A DNA stretch of 25,361 bases from Pseudobdellovibrionaceae bacterium (GCA_039810425.1 JBDHWW010000040.1:1-25361), one strand, 5' to 3'. Counted from the stretch's first letter, positions 1 through 8,190 are shown. The notes: generated by a model from the sequence alone, not told the origin. Made by a program: numbers and translations.

Positions 1-71
1 TTGGTTTATGCACCAACAAGGTTATGCCGCTATGTTTCTTTTGTCAGCCGTCCACAACTTTCCAAAATTTC

Positions 72-179
72 TCATGCCTCGTCATTAGGGAACAATCGGT
101 CAAACTCTGGAAGGGTTTTGGGGAACTCCATGTCGCGCCTATTAAGCTTGGCACGCTAACGCCAGTCAAGTGGATATGG
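72..179 (-). mobile_element. IS1595-family-like remnant: transposase N-terminus (ATG 131, premature TGA 72-74) plus candidate terminal sequence at ~161-179
   Basis: Minus strand from 131 reads MEFPKTLPEFDRLFPNDEA*, resembling IS1595/ISXo2-type transposase N-termini (..FP.TL.EF...FP.E.AC); the TGA falls where Cys is expected. Upstream minus-strand CCATATCCACTTGACTGG resembles termini recalled for this family. It abuts the truncated recombinase. Confidence 0.55.
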
Positions 180-562
180 ATGATAAATTATTTGATTTGC
201 GGATTCAGGGAAATATTAATCAGGAAGATTTTGAGAAGCAATTAGCACGGATTAGGACGAACCGTGATGACCTTACGAACCAATTAGAAACCTTGCAAAA
301 GGGTTTAACCAGTGCGGTGATGGAAACGGCTAAAACCGTTTTAGAACTCGCTAAAAATGCGAAATCACTATGGAATGACCTACCTGCCGAAGACCGTAGG
401 ATATTGCTTGATAAACTACTTTCTAACCCCGTATTAAATGGGCTAACTATTGAATTTAAAGTAAAAAAGCCATTTGCGGTATTAGTGCAAATGGCCGAAA
501 ATGTAAATTGGTGCGCGAGGGGGGACTTGAACCCCCACAGGATTTCTCCCATAGGCTTCTGA
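170..562 (+). pseudogene. C-terminal fragment of a large serine recombinase/integrase, 5'-truncated
   Basis: Coiled-coil 'KLFDLRIQGNINQEDFEKQLARI...LWNDLPAEDRRILLDKLLSNPVLNG.TIEF..KKPF' is typical of LSR tails. The frame continues into the antisense tRNA (WCARGDLNPH). An in-frame TAA at 142-144 leaves no catalytic domain in this frame. Sequence is AT-richer than downstream genes. Confidence 0.7.
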
Positions 563-595
563 GACCTACGTGTCTACCAATTCCACCACCCGCGC
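509..595 (-). tRNA. tRNA-Leu(CAG)
   Basis: Reverse complement GCGCGGGTGGTGGAATTGGTAGACACGTAGGTCTCAGAAGCCTATGGGAGAAATCCTGTGGGGGTTCAAGTCCCCCCTCGCGCACCA: 7-bp acceptor stem, D-loop GG, anticodon loop CTCAGAA, long variable arm, GTTCAA T-loop, encoded CCA; 87 nt. Confidence 0.97.
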
Positions 596-618
596 TCGGA
601 TCCGGAAAGAAGGACCCC

Positions 619-647
619 AGACTAATGGGGCTCTGGGCAAATTTCAA
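619..647 (-). promoter_or_regulatory. sigma70-like promoter for tRNA-Leu
   Basis: Minus strand TTGAAA (647-642), 17-nt spacer, TAGTCT (624-619), about 24 nt upstream of the mature tRNA. Confidence 0.6.
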
Positions 648-648
648 G

Positions 649-1542
649 TTAAGCGGATTGCGTCAATATCCAGGTGACTTCGTGTTTATTCGCGTAAAGG
701 TGAACAATGCGAGAGCCGGGGATTTCCAGGAACTTCGCCAGGGTTTCCCAGTCGGTTTCACCTTGGAACTTAATCGTGCAGACAAAGTTTTTACAGAGGC
801 CACTGGCGCGCCACTCTTGCACAAGCTCTAGCAGGCGAGGCGGGTAGCAAATAATATCTGAAAAAAGCCAGTCAATCGGGCCGACATCTTGAGGCTTCAA
901 TGAAAACGCGTCTTTCTTGCGGTACTCAATATTGGGCAAGCATGCGACCTTAGGGTCCAACGCCGCCTTATCAATGCTGATCACGAGGGCACCAGCTTGT
1001 TGTAGCACCCAAGTCCATCCCCCAGGGCAACTGCCGAGATCCACGCATAAAGAACCCTTCGCGGGCAGAGTTTTTTCAATCGTGAGGGCCTCCCAGAGTT
1101 TTAAATAGGCACGCGAGGGCGGCGTTTCCTTGTCTTCTTGAAAGTGAATTTCACCGAGTGGGAATGGGCTTGAAGTCTTCGCCGCGACGAGAATCTTATT
1201 TTTCTCTATCATCGTCCAAGCGCCCATCGGCTGCGTCGGTACTTCGCCGAGGAACTTTAACGGCGGTATTTTATATTTCGGCAATTGGTCTTGGACCAGC
1301 TGAGCGCGGCGGTGATGGTCAAAAGAGTAGAGCGCCCACCACTTACCGCGGGCTTTTAATGCTTTCACGGCCTCGCCGACAGACTCTATATCGAGGACCT
1401 CGCAGTCATACCAAATGACCTGCGCCCAGATACATTTCTGGAGGGTCTCGGAAATAAAAAGGCGATCCGAGACCGCCTTTTTGTTTCTGAGCTCGGTTGC
1501 GAGCTCGTCGCTGAAGTTTTCAAAAGCGAGATAAGCAAACAC
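649..1542 (-). CDS. FtsJ/RrmJ-type SAM-dependent rRNA methyltransferase, RlmM-like
   Basis: Motifs PPSRAYLKLWEAL, VDLGSCPGGWT, WLFSDIICYP, CTIK and HEVT match the K-D-K-E 2'-O-methyltransferase pattern of RlmM; GTG start. Confidence 0.85.
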   Translation of the reverse strand: MFAYLAFENFSDELATELRNKKAVSDRLFISETLQKCIWAQVIWYDCEVLDIESVGEAVKALKARGKWWALYSFDHHRRAQLVQDQLPKYKIPPLKFLGEVPTQPMGAWTMIEKNKILVAAKTSSPFPLGEIHFQEDKETPPSRAYLKLWEALTIEKTLPAKGSLCVDLGSCPGGWTWVLQQAGALVISIDKAALDPKVACLPNIEYRKKDAFSLKPQDVGPIDWLFSDIICYPPRLLELVQEWRASGLCKNFVCTIKFQGETDWETLAKFLEIPGSRIVHLYANKHEVTWILTQSA

Positions 1543-1547
1543 GACAA

Positions 1548-1856
1548 TTAGGCAGCGTGCTTCTTCTGCGCGGGATTCAAGAGGCCTTTTGCTGACAAGC
1601 AGTTAAAGCAGTCACCCCAGAACTTTTCTTTGAGTTTGATTTCAGCAGGACCGAATTTCACTTTTGGGAAATCGGCTTTTTCTGCGTGATCGCAGAATTT
1701 CGCTTCGTCACAAGCGCGCACGACTTTCATCATCAGGCCGAAGTGCTCATTTGTGAATGTTTTGCCATCAACCAGCATTTTTCTGAGGCCAGACTCTGGA
1801 GTGTTTGTGAGGAAATCAAAAAGTCCCGGCACATCATATTGTTGGTTAAAACCCAT
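1548..1856 (-). CDS. hypothetical cytoplasmic protein (102 aa)
   Basis: Clean ORF with SD-like AAGGGG upstream; lies 5 nt upstream of and co-oriented with the methyltransferase. Confidence 0.8.
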   Translation of the reverse strand: MGFNQQYDVPGLFDFLTNTPESGLRKMLVDGKTFTNEHFGLMMKVVRACDEAKFCDHAEKADFPKVKFGPAEIKLKEKFWGDCFNCLSAKGLLNPAQKKHAA

Positions 1857-1897
1857 TGTAAATACCCCTTTGTTAAGGTTGTCTTCTTACTCGAAAC

Positions 1898-1925
1898 TTA
1901 TCGGCTTTTCGGGGGTGATGGTTGA
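1898..1925 (-). promoter_or_regulatory. sigma28 (FliA)-like promoter
   Basis: Minus strand TCAA (1925-1922), 16 nt, perfect GCCGATAA (1905-1898), about 40 nt upstream of ATG 1856. Confidence 0.6.
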
Positions 1926-2073
1926 GTCTCAATTTGAGATATTACTTAGGTCCGGGTTTTCTTGCGGCGGTCAGGTCGTATCACAAGAGTGGTTTCATGG
2001 CCTCTGCAGTGGACATTTGGAGCCTGTTTTAAACTCTTGTCAAATGAAAGCCCCGCTTCTATATAATGGAAAT

Positions 2074-2508
2074 ATGAAAACACTCGAACAATGGCTCGAC
2101 CAATATGCCGCCAGTCACCAAAACAGAACCAATCAGATTTTTCATAAGATCTGTGTGCCACTAATATTTTTTAGCGTGCTTGGGATGCTGTGGGATTGGA
2201 GGGTGATGGGTTTGCGTATTTCGTACGTTTTCGCGATTTTAGGAATGCTATTCTACGTCCGATTAGGTTTGAAGGCGATTGTGTTGATGCTCATTCAGTT
2301 GGCCGTGTCCTTTGGCATACTCACGCTCTGGAGTGGACAAGCTGGGACCGTTTTCTGGCCAAGCTTGGCTATTTTTGTTGTTGCGTGGGTCGGCCAGTTT
2401 ATCGGGCATAAAATTGAAGGCAAGAAACCTTCATTTTTTGAAGATCTGCAGTTTCTTTTTATCGGTCCGCTCTGGGTTTTTTCTTTTGTTTTTAAAAGTA
2501 AATCTTAA
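2074..2508 (+). CDS. DUF962/Mpo1-like membrane protein
   Basis: Y...HQN.TN...H.ICVP.I and WVGQFIGHKIEGKKPSFFEDLQFL.IGPLW signatures. True start is ATG 2074 (MKTLEQW), not 1753. Confidence 0.9.
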   Translation: MKTLEQWLDQYAASHQNRTNQIFHKICVPLIFFSVLGMLWDWRVMGLRISYVFAILGMLFYVRLGLKAIVLMLIQLAVSFGILTLWSGQAGTVFWPSLAIFVVAWVGQFIGHKIEGKKPSFFEDLQFLFIGPLWVFSFVFKSKS

Positions 2509-2580
2509 TTTTTTCACAACTTCCTCACGGCACCCCCACAGCCCTTCGTTATAAATAAGGCCATTCCAAAGGGAGGCTTT

Positions 2581-3729
2581 ATGGTCAAAAAAACGATGGC
2601 AGCTTCACTCACCATAGTGAGTTTGATAGCTTCAATAGCGATGGCACAGGATGAATCTCAGACTTCAAAAATGGCGGCACCAAAACCAACACATATGAAT
2701 GTAAACGACCCCGTTGGCTGGTTCCCCTTTATCGGCTTAGCGGGTGGTTATATGTCGCCTGACGATACTCTAAAGACTGAGGGGGTTCCGGGAGATTTAA
2801 GACTTTTAGGTTCGTACTTTGGTGAAGGCAGGCATAGTGTCTTCGATTTCGGTCTTGGTTTCATGGCAAACAGTTTCACGCAAAAATCAGATACACAAGA
2901 CAACTTTATCTCGGGCGGTATCGCTGAGACGGCATGGAGATACAACTCGACAAGCCGCTGGCAAATCGGTCCTATTGTAGATGCCTATATCGGTGGTGGA
3001 GATCGCATGGGATCTACGGACCCTACCTGGACCAGCTTTGGCGGGTTGCAACTCTTAAAAGAGTTTCCAGTGAAAGGCTCTAATATGTTCCGTGTGGGTA
3101 TCAAGGCCCTCACTGGCTTGAGCATTCCAAATGCGACCATCAACACCGTTTCTTTGGATTTGCAATGGGGCTTTGGCTCCGAACAAAAAGCGCCGGAAGT
3201 TGCTGAAGCAGAAACTCCAGCAAGTGATGTTGCCGCTACCGGCGACAGCATGAGATCCGATCTGATCGGTCCCGAGGCTGCAGGTGCGACGATTGAGAAT
3301 TCGCGCCGTGTGATCGAGACGGATCCGGTGAACAACGCGATCACTTTCCGCAACGATGCCCGCATGCAGTTCGATACAGGCCATGCCTCCTTCCAGGGAA
3401 CCAATGAGGAGTTTGTACAAAAGGTGGGCACGATTTTGAAAGACAGATCTGATCTGTTTGATAAAGTGGAAGTTATCGGTTTTGCCGACCAAACAGGTGG
3501 TAGGGCGGTGAACATGAGAGTTTCTAGAGACCGGGCTAAAGAAGTGGCTAAAACTTTGAAAGCCGGTGGGCTGCCCGCCGATAAAATCCAAACCAGTTGG
3601 AAGGGCGCTGAAAACCCTCTTTACAAATCATTGTTGCCGGAAGATATGCAACAAAATCGCCGTGTGGACTTGAAATTCCACGGGGTGAAAGATCAAACTG
3701 CCTTACAAGACGTTCTTAGCGGACTCTAG
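2581..3729 (+). CDS. OmpA-family outer membrane protein (N-terminal beta-barrel plus C-terminal peptidoglycan-binding domain)
   Basis: SD GGGAGG, signal peptide, amphipathic beta strands ending LQWGF, then VEVIGFADQTG...N.RVS.DRA..V and NRRVDL OmpA_C motifs. Confidence 0.9.
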   Translation: MVKKTMAASLTIVSLIASIAMAQDESQTSKMAAPKPTHMNVNDPVGWFPFIGLAGGYMSPDDTLKTEGVPGDLRLLGSYFGEGRHSVFDFGLGFMANSFTQKSDTQDNFISGGIAETAWRYNSTSRWQIGPIVDAYIGGGDRMGSTDPTWTSFGGLQLLKEFPVKGSNMFRVGIKALTGLSIPNATINTVSLDLQWGFGSEQKAPEVAEAETPASDVAATGDSMRSDLIGPEAAGATIENSRRVIETDPVNNAITFRNDARMQFDTGHASFQGTNEEFVQKVGTILKDRSDLFDKVEVIGFADQTGGRAVNMRVSRDRAKEVAKTLKAGGLPADKIQTSWKGAENPLYKSLLPEDMQQNRRVDLKFHGVKDQTALQDVLSGL

Positions 3730-3732
3730 GTC

Positions 3733-5412
3733 TTACAAAGTTTGCAGAAACTGGATAAGGGCTCTTTTCTGTTCCGGCAGAAGGAGCTCTTTGCCATTCT
3801 CGAGGAAGATATCTTCATCATGCCCCATATTTCCCATGCCGGCTTTGCGCGTGTCGAAGAGATGCTCTGAAGTTTTCCAAGCATCCGGTGTGGCATTGGC
3901 CAGTGGGTAGCCGTTGCACTCGGAGTCAAAATCTTTTTCTGGATCCTGGGCTTCGCCAGAGTAATAAAGTCTTGGACGGTCCTTTGCCGCTGTCAGCACC
4001 GCGCATAGGCTTGGGATGGAGTTATTGTGGAAGTACGGCCAGCGAGCCCAGATACCGACAAGCGGAGGCGGCACATAGCCTTCTTGCGTGCGAATCAAAA
4101 TGCCATTCTTTTTAGAAATTGCGAGGTTGTTGAGCTGCTCAAGTGACTTCATGCCGCGATAGCGATACGGATCCGTACCGACATCTTTGACTGGGGTTTG
4201 CGCTTTGTAGCGTACATTCACAGTACGAAGTTTTTCTTTCGCCGACAGTTGATCTGCGTTGGGTAAGCTCCAGGCTTTGTCGTAGTTTCCGTGACAGCGG
4301 GCACAAGTGTTGTTAAAAATCTGCTCGCCTTGTTTTGCTAAAGACAAATCAATTTTGCTCGTGGGAAAGAAGTCCGTATAAAGGGGCGCCTCAGAAGAGA
4401 AAACGGCGGTTGTGAGTTCTTGAACTGTTTTTTCATTCTGTTCTAGCCAGGATTCGAGCTGAATGAGATCGGTACCGCGGCCGATTTCATTCCACAAGAG
4501 ATTTGTGAAGATTGGATTGCCACTCACCACCGAACCATCGGAGAGCCAGCGGTTTTTGTACTTCACATTCCACCAGACCGCGGGCTTTGAATCTGCCGGA
4601 TTACGGTCTAAGATCGCATCAGGGCGGGGTCTATCCGCAAAGTGATCGCTGAAAGTTGCATACACATCGGGATTGCGGTGATTGAGCGACAAGCTGACTT
4701 GCGCCAGCGAAGTATCAAGGCCCAGGGCGAGGGGCTGCTTAAGGCCCACAGAGCGCATGTTCTTTTTAAAGATCTTGATCATCTCCGTCTCGCCACTCGT
4801 GGCACCGGTGTAGAGCTTAAAGAATGCCGGTTGAATCAATTCAGAAGCACTTTTTGCTTTAATGAAGAACTCGTTGGCTTTTGGAAAGCGATTGGTCAGC
4901 CCCAAAACTGTTTTACCAAAGAGATTTGAGGAGTGGCAGGCAGCACAGCTGAAGCTAAAGCCCACTCCCGTGGAACTATCGATAACTCCGAAGCCCATGC
5001 GGTAGTCGGGTCGAATGCCATCCGGATACGGAACAGAGTATACTCCTTGATCGTTCGCCTTGGGATACTCGTGCAACCCGAGATCTTTCAATAAATCATC
5101 CATAGACTCGTAGCCAGAGGCCGAGCGGAAAAGCGTATTCAAAAATTCGCGAAGTGGATTCGGTGATTTGTCTTCAATAAGGTGGCGAATTGGTTCATAG
5201 GGCGGCAGAATCCCGGTGATGCTGACAGGATAAATCTGTGTGTGAATTTTTCCGGCGTCACGGACAGGTGTAAAATCATCTGTCGAAATGTGATAGGGAT
5301 TTGATCCTTGAGGTGCGGCCTTTTCACTCCAGTCGGGAGCGAACGCGTGAGATTGAAGGCCTGCAAATAAAAAAAGCCCGGTCACCAAAATCGCCATCCT
5401 AAAGCCCTCCAT
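3733..5412 (-). CDS. secreted diheme c-type protein, RoxA (rubber oxygenase)/cytochrome c peroxidase-like superfamily
   Basis: Signal peptide; two CxxCH motifs (CAACH, CARCH); GYVPPPLVGIWARWPYFHNNSIPSL MauG/RoxA-type motif; GTDP.R; C-terminal GNMGH and LIQFLQTL. Alternative start at 5397. Confidence 0.82.
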   Translation of the reverse strand: MEGFRMAILVTGLFLFAGLQSHAFAPDWSEKAAPQGSNPYHISTDDFTPVRDAGKIHTQIYPVSITGILPPYEPIRHLIEDKSPNPLREFLNTLFRSASGYESMDDLLKDLGLHEYPKANDQGVYSVPYPDGIRPDYRMGFGVIDSSTGVGFSFSCAACHSSNLFGKTVLGLTNRFPKANEFFIKAKSASELIQPAFFKLYTGATSGETEMIKIFKKNMRSVGLKQPLALGLDTSLAQVSLSLNHRNPDVYATFSDHFADRPRPDAILDRNPADSKPAVWWNVKYKNRWLSDGSVVSGNPIFTNLLWNEIGRGTDLIQLESWLEQNEKTVQELTTAVFSSEAPLYTDFFPTSKIDLSLAKQGEQIFNNTCARCHGNYDKAWSLPNADQLSAKEKLRTVNVRYKAQTPVKDVGTDPYRYRGMKSLEQLNNLAISKKNGILIRTQEGYVPPPLVGIWARWPYFHNNSIPSLCAVLTAAKDRPRLYYSGEAQDPEKDFDSECNGYPLANATPDAWKTSEHLFDTRKAGMGNMGHDEDIFLENGKELLLPEQKRALIQFLQTL

Positions 5413-5450
5413 GAGGTTTTTAGGATAAGCTGTGCCGAGCTTTCAGGCTA

Positions 5451-5476
5451 AACGTCTCTGCCAAGGCGGAGACGTT
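5451..5476. terminator. hairpin, possible terminator or stabilising stem between the 5503 gene and the RoxA-like gene
   Basis: AACGTCTCTGCC-AA-GGCGGAGACGTT inverted repeat with one mismatch; weak U-tract. Confidence 0.4.
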
Positions 5477-5502
5477 ATAGACCTAGGTCTGTTTCAGTCA
5501 GC

Positions 5503-5919
5503 CTACTCAATTGTGTAAACGATGAATTTGAAGCTGTCTTTGGTTTGGTTGCTATCGATCGCTTTACGTAAGCAGGCCTTAGAGTCTTCCAGTGTCGCTT
5601 TCGCACCACGTGCTTGGAAGGTAACAAGCACTACTCCGTTCATCGCATAGCCCTCCACTTGGCAGCCGTCCTTCCAAAGAGTGAGAACCCTTTGCGAGCC
5701 TTGAGTAAAATCGGCGTCGGTTTTTTTAGTGTCGAACGTGCAAGAAGCAAAAGAGTTGTCGTCCTTAACATCTTTCAATTGATCAACGCAAGATTGGTAA
5801 ACGCCGTCGATTGTGCGCTCAACCGCGATCACGTTACCGATTTTTTTGTCGGCAGCGCGAGCCGTTGTTACAGCAGTTAGGGCCAAAGCCAGTGTCAGAG
5901 CGGAAAAGATAGTCTTCAT
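5503..5919 (-). CDS. secreted hypothetical protein with 4 Cys
   Basis: SD AAGGAG then ATG 5919 (MKTIFSALTLALALTAVTTARA signal peptide). Confidence 0.8.
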   Translation of the reverse strand: MKTIFSALTLALALTAVTTARAADKKIGNVIAVERTIDGVYQSCVDQLKDVKDDNSFASCTFDTKKTDADFTQGSQRVLTLWKDGCQVEGYAMNGVVLVTFQARGAKATLEDSKACLRKAIDSNQTKDSFKFIVYTIE

Positions 5920-6163
5920 AGGGGTCTCCTTGGTGTGCGCTAAGGCTAGAATCATTTAGTCAGAGTTTAAAGCCTAAAAGCGTCGCGTAATTACTGCAGA
6001 TTAAACTTTCCAGGGATTGTTCGCATACGAACGATATCCATTCAAAGATGTCTGTGAAAGATATTCTTCCGAATACGTTTTTCGTAAGACCCTCGGCCTG
6101 TATTCGTCAAAATTCCTTGCCGCGGAAAGTTAAAAAACGCCTAGGCCCCCCAAGGTTAGTGAC

Positions 6164-6589
6164 CTACGGATCGTATTGGTCGTGGCCGTCAGACTTGAGC
6201 TCTTTCATTTCTTTGTAGATCCTTGCTGCGGTTGCATTGTCGCTATTCACGAAAGCTTGTTGCAAAGCCAATGAGTGGTCGATCACTTTTTGGATCATTT
6301 CTTGGTAGCCCTTTAACGCTTCTGCGCGCTTTCCTTCAGGGATTTCGCTGAGATGATCTGGGGTTTGGCTTAAAGCCAGACTAAATAAATCAGCCATTTG
6401 GCCCGCACGCTGTGCGTTTTCAGTATTCTTTGAAGTGTCACTGATCGTCGCGCCGATCAACTTGAAGAGGCTACCTGCTTCTTTCATGTTGTGTTTCAGG
6501 CTACCAGCCGCCGGCTCAGCGTCTTGGGCAAAAGCAGCCGTTGTTGCCATAGCCAGGGTCATCAATGTGAGAGCAAAAAACTTACGCAT
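6164..6589 (-). CDS. periplasmic cytochrome b562-family protein
   Basis: Signal peptide; LKHNMK (axial Met near the N-terminus), TPDHL loop and C-terminal LKSDGHDQY (axial His) parallel E. coli b562 LEDNME / TPPKL / RNAYHQKY; all-helical; SD AAGGAG. Confidence 0.85.
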   Translation of the reverse strand: MRKFFALTLMTLAMATTAAFAQDAEPAAGSLKHNMKEAGSLFKLIGATISDTSKNTENAQRAGQMADLFSLALSQTPDHLSEIPEGKRAEALKGYQEMIQKVIDHSLALQQAFVNSDNATAARIYKEMKELKSDGHDQYDP

Positions 6590-6612
6590 GGTTCATCTCC
6601 TTATGAGTTTGA

Positions 6613-7119
6613 TTATATTTTTTTGTGAGCGCGTTCGACGAGAGCATCCACTTCGTGGCGCTTCGTATTGACTTCGTCGTAGTTTCTGTTCACGGCCTTT
6701 TGCAGGAGCAGCGTCTTGAATAGCTCGCGGTATTCAAGCACGGCGTCTTTAAAATCCGTCATGAAATAGATGTAGTCATCAACCAGTTCAGCTTTTTCTT
6801 TTTCATCTTTCATCAACAAAAGCTTGCTTGGAAGAACATCGCCCGTTGGATCTTTCAAGACTGCTTCTGCGCAGACCACGACGAGATCCAGCTTGCCGAT
6901 AGCTACCGTGATTTCCTGGTCCGTGATGTGGTCCTTTTCCCAAGGGTTTTGAGCCTTAATGCAAACACCGTCAGCATACATGATGAAGCGGCCGAAGTTT
7001 CTCATGACACGATTGACAGTGAGGTGATCCTCTTTTGCTCCCAGCGGACAGGCTACGCCGGCCATAGAAACCAACGGTATGAAAATGAAGCCCGCGATGC
7101 ATAGACTGAGTTTCGTCAT
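6613..7119 (-). CDS. secreted four-helix-bundle protein, divergent cytochrome b562-like
   Basis: SD GGGAG, ATG 7119, signal peptide; VNRVMRNF (Met), LPSKL loop and terminal VERAHKKI (His) in the same register as the adjacent b562. Confidence 0.6.
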   Translation of the reverse strand: MTKLSLCIAGFIFIPLVSMAGVACPLGAKEDHLTVNRVMRNFGRFIMYADGVCIKAQNPWEKDHITDQEITVAIGKLDLVVVCAEAVLKDPTGDVLPSKLLLMKDEKEKAELVDDYIYFMTDFKDAVLEYRELFKTLLLQKAVNRNYDEVNTKRHEVDALVERAHKKI

Positions 7120-7419
7120 AGGAGTCTCCCTCAAAGGTGGTTTTAAGTAGTCAAGGTCCTGAGGATTGTCATTGGTTTTAGCGGCAATCTTGTCCAAATG
7201 AAAGCTAATTGCAAGCGATGGAGGAGCCTATATTTTTTATAGTAAGAAAAAGAAATCTAGAGCCCCTCAAATCCCATCATTTTTTCTAAGGTGAACTTTG
7301 TGGAAGAATCCAATCGACACCGGCAAGATTCTACATGTGAGAGCATGCCACCTAAAGAAAATGCTTCTCGGGTGGTAACCAGAATGTATATATTCTCAGG
7401 CTTCAAGCGGGGAGGGTCC

Positions 7420-8187
7420 ATGCGACCATTAATTCTGATCCTGTTCGCAGCGCTTACGATGGCAGGCTGCAACTCCTACAAGGCGAAACTGCAACCGACG
7501 GAAGACGGCAGCACTGTCATTCCTGCGGCGATTGATTATGCTTTCGTGAATGAGAAAGTCTTTCAGCCGATGTGTGTCCGCTGCCATGGTTCTGCCGGCG
7601 GCAACAAAGGCGACGTCAATCTTGAAACCTACGAAAATGTGATCGCGAATCTTGTCGACATTGAGAATGATGCCCTCGTTGAAAAATCAATGCCCCCACG
7701 CCGCGTGGGCGGTCCTTTGGGAGCCTTCGAACAAAACGTTTTGAAGCTATGGATTGATGCCGGTGCACCGAAAGACGCGGCTTCAGAGCCCGTGCCGACA
7801 CCGACTCCGGTTGCAGGACCGACGCCGACGCCGACGCCGACACCGATACCGACACCGACTCCGATCGTGGCACCGACACCAGTTGTGAATCCGGTGATGG
7901 TCGATCCGACGTGGGACTCGATTTCTAAAAATATCTTCGAACCGAAATGTATTGAGTGCCACCGGGCAGGAAAAAAGGCCGAGGACTATCCGCTGACGGA
8001 TCGGGCTTACGTCACAGACGAGGCGAATCTGCTGGTGAAGGCGGGTAAACCTGAAGAAAGCGGCATCTACATCGCGATCACTCGTCAGGATAAGAAGACG
8101 ATGCCGCCGTTGAAAACGGGGAAGACATTGTCACAACAAGAAAAAGAAGCGATTCGAATTTGGATTCTTAACGGAGCAAAGGATTAA
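7420..8187 (+). CDS. diheme c-type cytochrome lipoprotein (two planctomycete-cytochrome-c-like domains joined by a Pro/Thr linker)
   Basis: SD GGAGG, ATG 7420, lipobox MAGC; two repeats of CxxCH...MPP...WI..GA (CVRCH/SMPP/WIDAGA and CIECH/TMPP/WILNGA). Confidence 0.88.
   Translation: MRPLILILFAALTMAGCNSYKAKLQPTEDGSTVIPAAIDYAFVNEKVFQPMCVRCHGSAGGNKGDVNLETYENVIANLVDIENDALVEKSMPPRRVGGPLGAFEQNVLKLWIDAGAPKDAASEPVPTPTPVAGPTPTPTPTPIPTPTPIVAPTPVVNPVMVDPTWDSISKNIFEPKCIECHRAGKKAEDYPLTDRAYVTDEANLLVKAGKPEESGIYIAITRQDKKTMPPLKTGKTLSQQEKEAIRIWILNGAKD
7795..7881 (+). repeat. in-frame hexamer repeat (CCGACN)n encoding a PT linker
   Basis: ccgacg ccgacg ccgacg ccgaca ccgata ccgaca ccgact..., encoding PTPTP..PTPTPTPTPIPTPTP. 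Confidence 0.9.
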
Positions 8188-8190
8188 GCT

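Noticed and set aside
508..831. 107-aa + strand ORF starting MVREGGLEPP
   Set aside because: Antisense translation of the tRNA and methyltransferase; a typical spurious ORF.
1753..2073. N-terminal extension of the 251-aa ORF
   Set aside because: Overlaps the opposite-strand gene and promoters; DUF962 homology begins at ATG 2074.
5479..5490. Perfect 12-bp palindrome AGACCTAGGTCT
   Set aside because: Single occurrence with no supporting context.
5998..6130. Open frame on the minus strand (…RSYANNPWKV*) and a hairpin near 6015-6040
   Set aside because: No start or SD and no recognisable homology; it might be a gene remnant but cannot be supported.
7795..7881. Short tandem repeats as a CRISPR array or non-coding repeat
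   Set aside because: In-frame hexamers encoding a PT linker; no spacers and no cas genes in the window.
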